Source: Candidatus Micrarchaeota archaeon
GTDB taxonomy: Archaea > Micrarchaeota > Micrarchaeia > Micrarchaeales > CABMGC01
Direction: 5' to 3'
NCBI GenBank assembly: GCA_021803245.1
Contig: JAJZLT010000016.1
Location: forward strand, 1-63,098
Length of the DNA: 63,098 nt
Below, piece after piece: positions 26,833 to 36,571 of this stretch (positions are counted from its first letter, which is position 1; each line of letters opens with the position of its first letter). The notes below the pieces were generated by a model that worked only from the letters and a program-made list of their open reading frames with translations, searched no databases and was not told the DNA's origin. Made by a program: the position numbers and the translations under genes.

Positions 26833-28041
26833 TCAGAGAAGCGTACCGTATCCTGCAAGCCGCCATCTCTGCCCATAATTCCTGAGCACGGATATCTTCG
26901 ATTTCGGCTCTATGCATGCCGCATGGTTAAGGCTTATTCCAAGCTTGTTCCGCTTTATTGTCTGCACATATCCGACGACGGTTCCTGTGCCTATGCCAAG
27001 TATCAGAGGCTCGTTTGCCCTGAAGCCCTGCTTTGGAAGGTCAGTTCTGTTTAGGGAGAGGTAATTTAAAGTTATGTTACTCTCTGTTTCCGGAAGCTTT
27101 CCGGCTTTTCCTACAATCTGCCCGACGAGGCCGTCTGCCTTTGTGAACGAAGGGTCTGTTTCAGTGCCTATCGCTATCAAGCCTCCAGGAATAGCCTCTT
27201 CTAGCCTTGATGAGCCTGCAGAGAGGCCCTCTATCTTTGTGAAGATGGGCTCGTACTGCTCCCTCTTGCCTTTTTCCCTTGACGTGTTTATGCCCGGCCT
27301 TATCTCTATTTCGTCGCCTACCTTGAACTTGCCTTTTATTATGGAGCCGCCAACAACTCCGCCGACAAGCTTCTCGATAGGAGTGCCCGGTTTGTTTACA
27401 TCGAATGATCTCGCTACGTACATGATTGGATCAGCATTCAGGTCTTTCTTAGGCACCTCTATATTGGCTATTTCAGCGAGCAACGCATCTATGTTTATGC
27501 CTTTGTTGGCCATAACCGGAACTATCTTGGCATTCTCTATGACACTGCCCTTCAGGAATGCTTTTATCTGCTCATAGCTCTTCTGCGCCTGCTCCCTGCC
27601 CACAACGTCTATCTTTGTCTGGACCACTATAACTTTGCTTATTCCAAGCGCATTTATTATCATCAGATGCTCGCGCGTCTGCGGCATAGGCACAGGTTCT
27701 GACGCTGCAATCACAAATAGCGCTGCATCTATTATGCTTGAGCCTGCTATCGCAGTTGCCATAAGTGTCTCATGCCCCGGAGCATCAAGCAGAGAGATCC
27801 TCCTGACTGGTTCGGGCTTTGAGCCGTCCGGGCAGACGTCCGCAGTGGTATAGACTGCAGAATCGCCGGTGCCACACCTGCTTATCAGCGTGTCAGCATA
27901 TCCTAGCTTTATTGTCATGCTCCTCTTGACGCTCTCGCTGTGGATATCTGTCCACTGGTGCGTAAGCGCATACGTGAGCGTGGTCTTGCCGTGATCGACA
28001 TGCCCAAGCGTCCCTATATTCAATTCACTCTGTTTGATCAT
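26833..28041 (-). CDS. eif2g: Translation initiation factor aIF2 subunit gamma
   Basis: NIGTLGHVDHGKTTL, DAPGHE, and the Zn-knuckle region. ATG at 28041 (MIKQSELNIG) is preferred and removes the overlap with the upstream gene. Confidence 0.9.
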   Translation of the reverse strand: MIKQSELNIGTLGHVDHGKTTLTYALTHQWTDIHSESVKRSMTIKLGYADTLISRCGTGDSAVYTTADVCPDGSKPEPVRRISLLDAPGHETLMATAIAGSSIIDAALFVIAASEPVPMPQTREHLMIINALGISKVIVVQTKIDVVGREQAQKSYEQIKAFLKGSVIENAKIVPVMANKGINIDALLAEIANIEVPKKDLNADPIMYVARSFDVNKPGTPIEKLVGGVVGGSIIKGKFKVGDEIEIRPGINTSREKGKREQYEPIFTKIEGLSAGSSRLEEAIPGGLIAIGTETDPSFTKADGLVGQIVGKAGKLPETESNITLNYLSLNRTDLPKQGFRANEPLILGIGTGTVVGYVQTIKRNKLGISLNHAACIEPKSKISVLRNYGQRWRLAGYGTLL

Positions 28042-28045
28042 GCAC

Positions 28046-28468
28046 TCATTTGCCTTTTCTAATATACTCCAATACTGTTGCCCTGGTGAAGCTGTCAAGC
28101 TTGAGCTTCAGAGCTGCCCGGGGCTTCTGCCAGACGTATCCCTGTATCTCATCACCATCTATCTTTACCTTGCTGCTCCTGGCTAAACAGAGAATGTCAA
28201 GAAATATATAATGCCTCTTTTTATAAAACCCTTTCGGATATATTGCTTCGTGCATCATCAGGAGCTTAATGGGCTTCAGGTTGATTCCCACCTCTTCCTT
28301 GGCTTCCCTTACCACCGCAGTATTTGCATCTTCTCCAAGCTCTATATGGCCCCCTGGCACCGTAATAACTCCCGGCCATTTGTATGACCTCACGAAGAGC
28401 ATCTCTCCCTTTCTGTTCAATATGAAAGCTCCGACTACAGGCTCGGGATATCTCTGAGTCATATACAA
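28046..28468 (-). CDS. NUDIX hydrolase
   Basis: Nudix box GGHIELGEDANTAVVREAKEEVGI. Confidence 0.85.
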   Translation of the reverse strand: MYMTQRYPEPVVGAFILNRKGEMLFVRSYKWPGVITVPGGHIELGEDANTAVVREAKEEVGINLKPIKLLMMHEAIYPKGFYKKRHYIFLDILCLARSSKVKIDGDEIQGYVWQKPRAALKLKLDSFTRATVLEYIRKGK

Positions 28469-28682
28469 GTAATTCGAGTTGAATGGCTAAATTACTTTTG
28501 GTGATAAGGGGGATTCCCTGTGAAGTTTCCCCTGCAAATGAATTTGTAAAAAGGGATCTGAAAGCCAAGAAGGAGAAATTGGGCCATTTCCAAGACAACG
28601 TATGATGATAATATGATAGTGCCATTGAGCAAGATTGGGATATGGCAGCAGCGTCTTTGCGGAGATGGCCTGAATTCTCTTT

Positions 28683-29072
28683 TCATTCGGCAGGCTTCTC
28701 CTTCGGCTTGAAGAGCTCCTCTGCGCTCTTCTGCCCGTACTCCGCTATTACAGTGTTTATCTGAACAGTGTCTGCGCTTATGGTGTTACCCCTTACAAGC
28801 TTCTTTGCGCGGTAGCCTTTTGACCTTACCCTCATGCCTGTGCCGAACCTTAGCAGGGACCTTGACTTGCCTATTCCGTCTATCTCGCTTCTTGATGGTG
28901 CTCCTGAGCTGTCGCTCATTCCGGTTATCTTGAGCTTGAAGCCATCTAAGCCTGCAGGCGAGCCATCAATAACATCGCCTATCTTGCTGCCGATAAGCCT
29001 TGCCTCTGCTTCTTTCTGCACTTCAAGCTGCGCAGTTTTCCCTAGTTTCGGATCTGAAAATACTATTTGCAT
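28683..29072 (-). CDS. rps6e: 30S ribosomal protein S6e
   Basis: MQIVFSDPKLGKTAQLEV ... GFKLKITGMSDSSGAPSR ... RAKKLVRGNTIS is a typical archaeal S6e. Confidence 0.85.
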   Translation of the reverse strand: MQIVFSDPKLGKTAQLEVQKEAEARLIGSKIGDVIDGSPAGLDGFKLKITGMSDSSGAPSRSEIDGIGKSRSLLRFGTGMRVRSKGYRAKKLVRGNTISADTVQINTVIAEYGQKSAEELFKPKEKPAE

Positions 29073-29084
29073 CAAATTCACCAA

Positions 29085-31244
29085 TTATCTATACATATTC
29101 TCGGGTTCATCCTTGAACCGCTTTATTCTCTCCGTTACTTCTTTTGGTATTGCCGGTTTTACCTCCCTTAGCGCCTTCTCGAAATCAGCATTTGTTATTG
29201 CATCGCGCTTCGCCCTTATTGCATTCATGCCGGCTTCCCTGCATATGTTCTCTATCTCTGCGCCGGTGTAGTTTTCGGTCAGGCTTGCAAGGTCCTCCAG
29301 TACTACTGTCTTATCGAGCGGCATCCTGCGCGTATGGACCTTGAAGATAAGTAACCTGGCCTCCTGATTAGGCATCGGTATGTCTATAATCTTGTCAAAC
29401 CTTCCCGGCCTGAGGAGCGCAGGATCTATGTCTTCAGGCCTGTTTGTGGCAGCCAGCACAATCACGTTCTTGAGTTCCTGCAGGCCGTCCATCTCTGTAA
29501 GAAGCGTATCAACGACCCTCTCTGAAACACGCGAGTCATTGTCAAAACCGTCGCGTGATTTTGCAATTGCATCTATCTCGTCTATGAAGACTATGCATGG
29601 CGAAGCCTGCCTCGCTTTTCTGAAGATCTCGCGTACCGTCTTCTCGCTCTCGCCTACGTACTTGCTCAGCACCTCAGGTCCTTTTATAGATATGAAGTTT
29701 GCTTCGCGTTCGGTGGCTACAGCCTTTGCAAGAAGGGTCTTGCCTGTGCCCGGAGGGCCTACCAGAAGGATTCCCTTTATCGCCCTTATGCCCATCTTTT
29801 CGAATACTTCCGGCTGCTTTAGCGGCAATTCGACAGCCTCGCGCAGCTCCTCTTTGGCCTTATCAAGCGCACCGATGTCTGACCAGTGCACGTTGGGCCT
29901 CTCAACGAAGACCTCGCGCAGCGCGCTTGGCTGTATGTTCCTGAGCGCATCCATGAAGTTCTCGCGGACCACTTTAAGGTTCATCAGTATCTCTGAAGGT
30001 ATGGACTGCTTGTCTGCTATCTTAGGAAGCAGGGAACGCAGAGTCGACATCGCAGCCTCTCTTACAAGAGCGTTAAGGTCAGCTCCAGTATATCCGTGGG
30101 TTATGTCCGAGAGCTCATCTATGCTCACATCCTTGCCAAGAGGCATGTTCCGCGTATGTATCTGCAGTATTTCCTTTCTGGCATTTCTGTTAGGCACGCC
30201 TATCTCTATTTCCCTGTCGAATCGGCCTGGCCTTCTTAAAGCAGGATCGATAGCTTCTGGCCTGTTGGTAGCTGCAAGAATTATCACCTGACCCCTTGGA
30301 GGCATCCCATCCATGAGTGTGAGCAGCTGCGAAACCATCCTTCGCTCCACTTCGTTAGTGGCTTCCTCGCGCTTTGGAGCTATCGCATCTATCTCATCCA
30401 TGAAGATTACTGTAGGCGCCTTCTCATTCGCATTCTTGAAAATCTCCCTTAGTTTCTCCTCGCTCTCGCCTACGAATTTGCTCACAAGCTCAGGGCCTGA
30501 GATTGAGATGAAATTGGCATCGCTTTCATTGGCAACCGCCTTTGCAAGAAGGGTCTTGCCTGTGCCCGGAGGGCCGTAAAGGAGCACGCCTTTGGGCGGC
30601 TCGATTCCAAGGCGCTCGAAGAGCTCCGGATATCTTATCGGAAGTTCCACCATCTCCCTTATCTTCTGCTTGGCATCGTCAAGACCTCCGATATCTTCAT
30701 AATGGACATCTGCTATCTTTACCAGCGATTCTGAGACAGGCTCTTCCTTGACAGTAAGGTTAGTAAGGTTCGTAACGCGCACTATTCCGTGCGGAGCAAC
30801 CTGGACTACAAGGAAATTGAAGACCAGGCCGAACATCGGTATTGGAATGGAATCGCCTTTTGTCAGCGGTCTGCCCTCAAGCCTGCGCTTCGCATACTCT
30901 GAAAAATCCGGAGAGAGAGGCGGACGCTGGCTCGGAGGCGGGGCTATCACCACGCGCTCAGCATCCTTTACCTCGGCTTTTGAAATAAAGACTTTGTCTC
31001 CTATCCCAACGCCAAGATTCTGGCGCAGGTATCCGTCTATCCTTACAAAACTCAGGCCCTCATCGCTTGGATGGGACTGGAAGACTATTGCTGCAGAGGA
31101 TTTTATCTTCCCCTTTATCTCTATTATGTCTCCTGAAGTGACATTGAGCAGTTTGCGTGATTTTGAATCTATTCTAGCTATGCTTCGTCCTGAGTCTGTT
31201 ACCAGAGCATCAGCAACAGTAAGCTCTATTGAATTGGTAGCCAT
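29085..31244 (-). CDS. cdc48: Cdc48/VCP-type AAA+ ATPase (two AAA domains plus N domain)
   Basis: Two [15 protein letters not shown] Walker A motifs, two DEID Walker B motifs, SRH regions and an N-terminal double-psi barrel-like region. Confidence 0.95.
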   Translation of the reverse strand: MATNSIELTVADALVTDSGRSIARIDSKSRKLLNVTSGDIIEIKGKIKSSAAIVFQSHPSDEGLSFVRIDGYLRQNLGVGIGDKVFISKAEVKDAERVVIAPPPSQRPPLSPDFSEYAKRRLEGRPLTKGDSIPIPMFGLVFNFLVVQVAPHGIVRVTNLTNLTVKEEPVSESLVKIADVHYEDIGGLDDAKQKIREMVELPIRYPELFERLGIEPPKGVLLYGPPGTGKTLLAKAVANESDANFISISGPELVSKFVGESEEKLREIFKNANEKAPTVIFMDEIDAIAPKREEATNEVERRMVSQLLTLMDGMPPRGQVIILAATNRPEAIDPALRRPGRFDREIEIGVPNRNARKEILQIHTRNMPLGKDVSIDELSDITHGYTGADLNALVREAAMSTLRSLLPKIADKQSIPSEILMNLKVVRENFMDALRNIQPSALREVFVERPNVHWSDIGALDKAKEELREAVELPLKQPEVFEKMGIRAIKGILLVGPPGTGKTLLAKAVATEREANFISIKGPEVLSKYVGESEKTVREIFRKARQASPCIVFIDEIDAIAKSRDGFDNDSRVSERVVDTLLTEMDGLQELKNVIVLAATNRPEDIDPALLRPGRFDKIIDIPMPNQEARLLIFKVHTRRMPLDKTVVLEDLASLTENYTGAEIENICREAGMNAIRAKRDAITNADFEKALREVKPAIPKEVTERIKRFKDEPENMYR

Positions 31245-31510
31245 TTAATATCACCAGTTAGTAAATACTCTCTCATTTAATCTGCTTATTAAACTTATAT
31301 ATACCTTGTGCATTGGCAGCAGAGGCTATTTTCCATTTAGATGAAATTTTGCTTTTAAGACCGCCTTTGAAATGCTGTTTTTATTTGCTGACTCTCCGCT
31401 TATTCAGGAAAGATAGTATTCGACAATTTAGAAAATCAGGTGCAACCGGTAGTTTTCATAAATGTGAAATTAGATTGTTGAACAAACCTGCGATGCCTTT
31501 GACAGCTTAT

Positions 31511-32005
31511 TCATCTTCTGGCTGGCATCATTGCAGCCTTCATATGAACGCCCAGCTCATATCTCCATTTTATCAGGTTTTCAAAATCGTCTCCTTCCAT
31601 TTCGATGCCTTTGATTAACGCTGCCTTGAGCGCTCTGTTGGCTGCTGCTAGCGCCCGCTCCCCAAGCATTTCCTTTTTTGCTGCACTTGATTCCCTTGCG
31701 ATGGCCTCTTTGAACAGCATTGCGGCTTCAACATAGCGTGACATGGCAACACCTGCTAGCTCTTTCCTGATATTGCCATCCTTGCGCAGGAGAGGCACGG
31801 GTATGGAAAATGAGGCCTTCATCACTGCCTTGGCAGACTCCAAGACCAGATAGCCCCTTGTTTCAGGATTCTTATCCAATTTCCTGGAATCGGCGTACTT
31901 AGAAGCGCTAACATCCAGCAAGGTACTGTAAGTGGCATCTCTTTCAGCTTGTATTCTGTAATTTATTTGACTGCGTTTCATTCTCTCTGCCTCTTTGTAT
32001 ATCAC
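31511..32005 (-). CDS. Hypothetical helical protein (164 aa)
   Basis: Only the ORF and coding-like composition support it. No motif recognised. Confidence 0.4.
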   Translation of the reverse strand: MIYKEAERMKRSQINYRIQAERDATYSTLLDVSASKYADSRKLDKNPETRGYLVLESAKAVMKASFSIPVPLLRKDGNIRKELAGVAMSRYVEAAMLFKEAIARESSAAKKEMLGERALAAANRALKAALIKGIEMEGDDFENLIKWRYELGVHMKAAMMPARR

Positions 32006-32276
32006 GCTTTTGTTTTTTCATGATATTTATGGCTTTCCTGCTTTACCCCAAAGCCTCCACGTTGATGCCCATACTTTAAGCTGTAAAACTCATAAACGAT
32101 GATTTGATGAGGAATTGCCCCAACCATTCACACACCGATCTTGATTCCGAATTCACGCATATTGGCCTTATCTTCAGCTGCGGCATAATCTGCTAAATAT
32201 TAAATACCTTTCGATGTATAATGATATCTGGAAGGCTAGTTCTATAGCTCTCTTTATACTTTAGTAAGGCGTTTAT

Positions 32277-32429
32277 ATGGGAAAGTTTCCAATGGCAGAT
32301 GAATCGCTCCTCAGGATAGCAGTGTGCAGGAAGTGCAAGTCCAGGAACAAACTTGGAGCTGAGAAGTGCCGGAAATGCGGTTCTAGATTTCTTAGGCCGA
32401 AGAGGAAGGAGAGCAGGGTCAAGAAATAG
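32277..32429 (+). CDS. rpl40e: 50S ribosomal protein L40e (50 aa, below the ORF-track cutoff)
   Basis: Hand translation gives MGKFPMADESLLRIAVCRKCKSRNKLGAEKCRKCGSRFLRPKRKESRVKK, with the CxxC...CxxC zinc ribbon typical of L40e. Confidence 0.8.
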   Translation: MGKFPMADESLLRIAVCRKCKSRNKLGAEKCRKCGSRFLRPKRKESRVKK

Positions 32430-32453
32430 GCTTGATTTTTAAACTGTGATTAT

Positions 32454-32675
32454 ATGGCAGAGTTGTCACCGATTGAAAATATAGTAGTGCAGGCTATGAA
32501 GGACATAGGCGCTACGAGCGAAGAGAAGAAGAAGACAGCGGACGATATTGCAAAGAAGTGCAACAGGCCCAAGAGCATGGTAAATAATGCGCTTGTGAGC
32601 CTGATGCAGAAGAGCGTAATCAAGCGCGTTGCAAGAGAGAAGGCATCCGGGTACTACGTAATAGCTGGCGCCTAG
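32454..32675 (+). CDS. Small winged-helix DNA-binding protein (73 aa)
   Basis: ADDIAKKCNRPKSMVNNALVSLMQKSVIKRV is a wHTH-like pattern. Confidence 0.5.
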   Translation: MAELSPIENIVVQAMKDIGATSEEKKKTADDIAKKCNRPKSMVNNALVSLMQKSVIKRVAREKASGYYVIAGA

Positions 32676-32684
32676 GTACATCTT

Positions 32685-33608
32685 ATGGCTGAGAACGAGG
32701 CCGACTCGATAGAGTTCATTGCAGACTGCAGCAGCTGGTTCGTGAAGTACTCCAAGGAAATAGGCAGCAGCACCAAGCCTGTTGAAGTGTCAAGGTTCCT
32801 TGCAGAGATAAGGAGAAGCCTGGATGTCAGGGCATTCGCTTTTTTCGAGATAGATTTTGACGTGCTGAATAGCGCAGCTTCAGGCATCGTTGCAGGCACG
32901 AAAGGCCTGGGCGCCCTCGCTAATGCATACAAAAAGGTTAGTGCAGGCGAAGGGAAAGGGGCCGTAGAGAAAGCCGTAAAGGGAAATGAGCTTATGAAAC
33001 CCTTCGCAAATGCTTATCTCTTCAGAAGGGTGCTTGATGAGCTTGGGATTGATTACTCTCTGGATCCGGATAAAAAGGAGGTATTTGGAAATTGTGGCGA
33101 CGATGCGAAGGAAGCAAATCCTCCAAGGTACATCTCCTCGAAAATGCATCTGGAGGGATCGAAAACCCCATCTAATGTTATCTCGTTCCTTGCCAAGTAC
33201 GGAAAGTGGATCTCGATAAAGAAGATGAACGTAAGGAATGATACAAAACCGGAAGAGATTGCGGCGCAGCTTGCCTCAATACTATTGACTGTTGATAAAA
33301 AGATGTTTGAATATACGGGCATCGATATGAATCTGCTTGATGCTTATGTTGCATCCTTGGGAAAGATGAGAAAGAGCGCAGCTAATCTGGAGAAACTTGT
33401 CAATATACTTGATTCTGAGGAGGCTAAGGCGAAGATAAAGAATGCAAGCAGGAATGGCTCTGGCCTGGAAGAGGTATCAAGGATATATCTTTTCAGGCAG
33501 CTTCTTGGCGCCATGAAGCTTAATTTTGACCTGAATGCAGATGAACTTACTTCGGTATACCCCAATCTGAAGATCCCTATGCCACCTGGCAGGAAGCCTA
33601 AGAAATAG
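32685..33608 (+). CDS. Hypothetical protein with internal duplication (307 aa)
   Basis: ANAYLFRRVLDELGIDYSLDPD aligns with SRIYLFRQLLGAMKLNFDLNAD, and KPVEVSRFLAEI aligns with KPEEIAAQLASI. Confidence 0.5.
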   Translation: MAENEADSIEFIADCSSWFVKYSKEIGSSTKPVEVSRFLAEIRRSLDVRAFAFFEIDFDVLNSAASGIVAGTKGLGALANAYKKVSAGEGKGAVEKAVKGNELMKPFANAYLFRRVLDELGIDYSLDPDKKEVFGNCGDDAKEANPPRYISSKMHLEGSKTPSNVISFLAKYGKWISIKKMNVRNDTKPEEIAAQLASILLTVDKKMFEYTGIDMNLLDAYVASLGKMRKSAANLEKLVNILDSEEAKAKIKNASRNGSGLEEVSRIYLFRQLLGAMKLNFDLNADELTSVYPNLKIPMPPGRKPKK

Positions 33609-33615
33609 TGCTTGC

Positions 33616-34251
33616 ATGAATAATGAGAGGCAACCACCAATTGGAAAAGTACTCATTCTTGTCAGGCACGGAGAGAGCGTTGCAAATGTTTCAGGAATAC
33701 TCAGCTCCGGGCTTGACCGTTACCCTCTGACAAATGAAGGCAGGATGCAGGTAGAGAGAGTCGCAGCCAAAATTGAAAATATTGAGGTTGATAACTTTTA
33801 TACCAGCCCCGTCCTTCGTGCATTGGAAACCTCTGAGATAATATCGGAACACACGGGCATCAGGCCCGAGGTAAACCCGCTTCTTGTGGAGAGAAATTTT
33901 GGCAAGCTGGAGGAATGGAATTTTGGCACAAGAGCAGCGCTTGAAAGGCAGAATATTATGCAGATAGAGAACAATTATCCCGATATGGAGCCATGGAAGA
34001 GCATAGAAGCGAGGATGGAAAGGTTTGTCAGGGGAACTAAGGATGGAGTAAGCTTGGCAGTAACGCATATGGATCCCATAAAGGCTTTGCTGAGCCTGAT
34101 ACTTGAAAGGGATGAAGCCGAAATGCGCGGAGTCAACCCGGGAAACGCCTCGATAACCGCGATAGATTTGCGCAAGAAAGGCTTTGACAGCGTGCTTTGC
34201 ATAGGCAGCCATTTTCTTCCGAAAGCTCTTCTCAAGGATAGCGTTAAATAG
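33616..34251 (+). CDS. Histidine phosphatase family protein (phosphoglycerate-mutase-like)
   Basis: LVRHGESVAN (RHG motif), a later TSPVLRALET, and VTHMDP. Confidence 0.8.
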   Translation: MNNERQPPIGKVLILVRHGESVANVSGILSSGLDRYPLTNEGRMQVERVAAKIENIEVDNFYTSPVLRALETSEIISEHTGIRPEVNPLLVERNFGKLEEWNFGTRAALERQNIMQIENNYPDMEPWKSIEARMERFVRGTKDGVSLAVTHMDPIKALLSLILERDEAEMRGVNPGNASITAIDLRKKGFDSVLCIGSHFLPKALLKDSVK

Positions 34252-34292
34252 ATAAGCGCGTTATCATTAATCAGGTTTTCTTATTTTATCCT

Positions 34293-34365
34293 GGGGAGTT
34301 AGGCTAGTCTGGCAGGCTTTCAGCCTTGGGCGCTGAAGACTCGTGTTCAAATCACGAACTCCCCG
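34293..34365 (+). tRNA. tRNA-Pro (anticodon TGG)
   Basis: Acceptor GGGGAGT/ACTCCCC. Anticodon stem TCAGC/GCTGA with loop CTTGGGC. T arm TCGTG-TTCAAAT-CACGA. Discriminator G. Confidence 0.9.
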
Positions 34366-34398
34366 ATTCTTTTTGGGATATGAAAGCAGGCAGGAAAA
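34347..34398 (+). repeat. Direct repeat copy 1 (tRNA-Pro 3' end plus 33 nt downstream), att-like
   Basis: tcaaatcacgaactccccgattctttttgggatatgaaagcaggcaggaaaa matches 35785-35836 at 45 of 52 positions by hand alignment. Confidence 0.75.
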
Positions 34399-34536
34399 CA
34401 GGTATTTTCTTAAGAGTACTGTGCAATTATTATTTTGGCAGGGTTTGTTATCCAAATTTCGTATTTATCGGCTTATATTTAAATATTTCGACTTTTTACG
34501 AAATATATAAAAATAGTAAGATTTAAAATAAGAAAT

Positions 34537-35142
34537 ATGAACAGGCAGGAGATTGTTTACAGATATGTAGCCTGCGGCTACATTGATGGTAGGAAAAAGT
34601 TCACACAGCTTGAGATATCAAATGCTCTGAGATTGTCACTAAGTACAGTAAATGGCGCGGTAAAGAACCTCGAAGAAATAAACGCGGTAAGGATAAATAT
34701 GCGGTCGTTTGAGGTTATCTCGCTGGAAAGACTGCTGCTTTACTGGGCTACAAAAAGAAAATTTGCAAAAGATATTGCATATCAGACAAGAGTAGATGCA
34801 CCTGTCAGGGAAATAGAACGAGGCATGCCTGAGGACATAGCATTTACGTGCTACACGGCATATAAGCTTATCTTCAATGACGTGCCTGCAGATTACAGTG
34901 AAGTGTACGCATACGCTACTGAAGACAGCTTAAATGAGATAAAAAGACGGTTTGCGAAAGTGGACGGCCCGTCTAACCTAGTTGTGCTATCCTCAGATGA
35001 AAATATGGAAGGCATGATAAAAAACAAACTGCTAGAACATTCTTCGGTATGCAAAGCGCAGCTATTCGCAGACCTTTGGAATATTAAAGCATGGTATGCA
35101 AGGGACTTTGTAGAAGCACTTGAAAAAAAGCTGGGAATATGA
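34537..35142 (+). CDS. wHTH protein, putative antitoxin/regulator (AbiEi-like architecture)
   Basis: N-terminal FTQLEISNALRLSLSTVNGAVKNLEEINAV (wHTH). ATGA overlap with the downstream nucleotidyltransferase-fold gene. Confidence 0.5.
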   Translation: MNRQEIVYRYVACGYIDGRKKFTQLEISNALRLSLSTVNGAVKNLEEINAVRINMRSFEVISLERLLLYWATKRKFAKDIAYQTRVDAPVREIERGMPEDIAFTCYTAYKLIFNDVPADYSEVYAYATEDSLNEIKRRFAKVDGPSNLVVLSSDENMEGMIKNKLLEHSSVCKAQLFADLWNIKAWYARDFVEALEKKLGI

Positions 35143-35768
35143 AGGAATTCTGGAACAGCGAGATTACGAATGCGAGTTGGGTTAAGCTGCAGGAGATCAG
35201 CAAAGAGTTTGAGTTTACACTTATAGGTGGCTGGGCAGTATACTTATACACAAAACTGCAGAAATCAAAAGACATAGACATTGTGATTGACTATACCGTA
35301 CTTAGGACTCTTGAGAGCAGGTATAGAATAGACAAGAACGAGAGGCTTAGGAAGTATGAGATTAAAGGCGGCCTTTTTGATATAGATGTTTACCTTCCGG
35401 GTTATTCTGATCTTGCCTTACCTGCAAAAGATCTCTTGGGCAAATATAGAACGAGAGTGGAGGGTTTCAGCGTGCCAGTACCAGAAGCGCTGGTACTTCT
35501 GAAACTTGGAGCCGCATCTGACAGGCTGACAAGCCAGAAAGGTGACAAAGATGCAATTGATATACTTGGTCTTTTATTTTACTCTGGAATAGACATGGGC
35601 AAGTTGAGAGATATTGCAGAAAGGCATAATCTGCTGCAACATATACTGCTATTAAGAAATGTTTTGAAAGACTTTAGGCAGGAGAATTTTGTGTATCTTA
35701 ACCTGAATGCAGCAAGCTTTTCTAAGCTGAAGCGCAAGTATGCTGAAGTTATAGAGAAGAACTTATGA
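35139..35768 (+). CDS. Nucleotidyltransferase-fold protein (AbiEii/DUF1814-like or related minimal NTase), putative toxin
   Basis: The GGWAVYLYTKLQKSKDIDIVID motif fits the G-G-x-A...S-x-D-x-D pattern of pol-beta-fold NTases. Confidence 0.5.
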   Translation: MKEFWNSEITNASWVKLQEISKEFEFTLIGGWAVYLYTKLQKSKDIDIVIDYTVLRTLESRYRIDKNERLRKYEIKGGLFDIDVYLPGYSDLALPAKDLLGKYRTRVEGFSVPVPEALVLLKLGAASDRLTSQKGDKDAIDILGLLFYSGIDMGKLRDIAERHNLLQHILLLRNVLKDFRQENFVYLNLNAASFSKLKRKYAEVIEKNL

Positions 35769-35784
35769 TATTTGCGTATAACTG

Positions 35785-35836
35785 TCAAATTACGGACTCT
35801 CGGATTCTTTCTGGAATATGAAAGCAAGCAGGAAAA
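35785..35836 (+). repeat. Direct repeat copy 2 (degenerate tRNA-Pro 3' fragment plus flank), att-like
   Basis: tcaaattacggactctcggattctttctggaatatgaaagcaagcaggaaaa. Confidence 0.75.
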
Positions 35837-35880
35837 TTGGAAGTACATATTTATTAAACCTAAGATATCAATCTTTATTT

Positions 35881-36429
35881 ATGGAAAAGAGGACAGTTTT
35901 CATTATTATTATGGCAGCACTTGTTATACTGAATTTGTTCAGGATTGGATTTAATCCTGCAGCACTCCTTATTTTAATTATTATCATGGCAATTGTAATG
36001 ATCTCAGTGCTTGTATATCAGCGGATGGTAGAAAAGATGGTTTCCGAAACTAAATTGATAGATGGCAAGCAGGCAATTTATGCCGCTCCTGCTAAACTCG
36101 AGGGCGAAGAGATTGACAGGTCAGGTATTGGTCTTGCCGGTTATTTGTATTTAACTGACTCGGATATAAGATTCAGATTAACTCCGGGAAATGCCAAATA
36201 TCTAGAAAGACATCCCCAACAAGAGATTAAGTTTGACATTCCTTTGGACCAGATCGTTAAGTACAGCAAAACACCAATGATAGGGCTTGGCGCAGAGGGT
36301 TTTTTGATAGCAACCTCTCGGAGGGAGTATAAGTTCCTAATACCAAAAGCAGATGAATGGATCCGGAAAATTGAGGCGGAAAAGCAAAAAATTCCATCTG
36401 AACTTCCATCTGTTAATAAATCTGATTAA
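35881..36429 (+). CDS. Membrane protein with two N-terminal TM segments and a bacterial-PH/GRAM-like domain
   Basis: ATG at 35881 (MEKRTVFIIIMAALVIL) is preferred because the track start overlaps the repeat. YLYLTDSDIRFRL and REYKFLIP are typical of bPH/GRAM-like folds. Confidence 0.55.
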   Translation: MEKRTVFIIIMAALVILNLFRIGFNPAALLILIIIMAIVMISVLVYQRMVEKMVSETKLIDGKQAIYAAPAKLEGEEIDRSGIGLAGYLYLTDSDIRFRLTPGNAKYLERHPQQEIKFDIPLDQIVKYSKTPMIGLGAEGFLIATSRREYKFLIPKADEWIRKIEAEKQKIPSELPSVNKSD

Positions 36430-36571
36430 TTAGCAGATTTTATTAGCAAAACCAAGGAGAAGGACATTTTCTTACAGCCAATAGAGTTAGTATTATCTGA
36501 TTTGTGGATTAGAATATAGGAATATGCCGGATTTATTCTTGGATTGATTTTTAACCGTTTAATAGAGGGAA

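Noticed and set aside
28602-28673. C/D-box sRNA candidate (ATGATGA at 28602-28608, CTGA at 28670-28673) in the S6e/Nudix spacer.
   Set aside because: The box spacing (about 72 nt) is long, the internal C'/D' boxes are poor (TTGA, TGGGATA), and there is no terminal stem. This is insufficient for a call without a covariance-model scan.
29380-30291. Long antisense or alternative-frame ORFs inside well-supported genes. Examples: 29380-30291 and 30748-31248 in cdc48; 22417-22932 and 22972-23406 in top6B; 5054-5545 in the 700-aa gene; 57687-58469 in argH; 45829-46350 in gltX.
   Set aside because: They overlap genes with strong family motifs on the opposite strand or in another frame. Their translations are low-complexity and Ser/Leu/Pro-rich, typical of shadow ORFs.
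34267-34526. ORFs 34267-34455 (-) and 34326-34526 (+).
   Set aside because: Both overlap the tRNA-Pro(UGG) gene and an AT-rich promoter region. They are spurious.
35818-35880. Upstream extension (MKASRKIGSTYLLNLRYQSLF) of the PH-like membrane protein.
   Set aside because: It overlaps the att-like repeat copy. The internal ATG at 35881 gives a normal N-terminus directly followed by the first TM segment.
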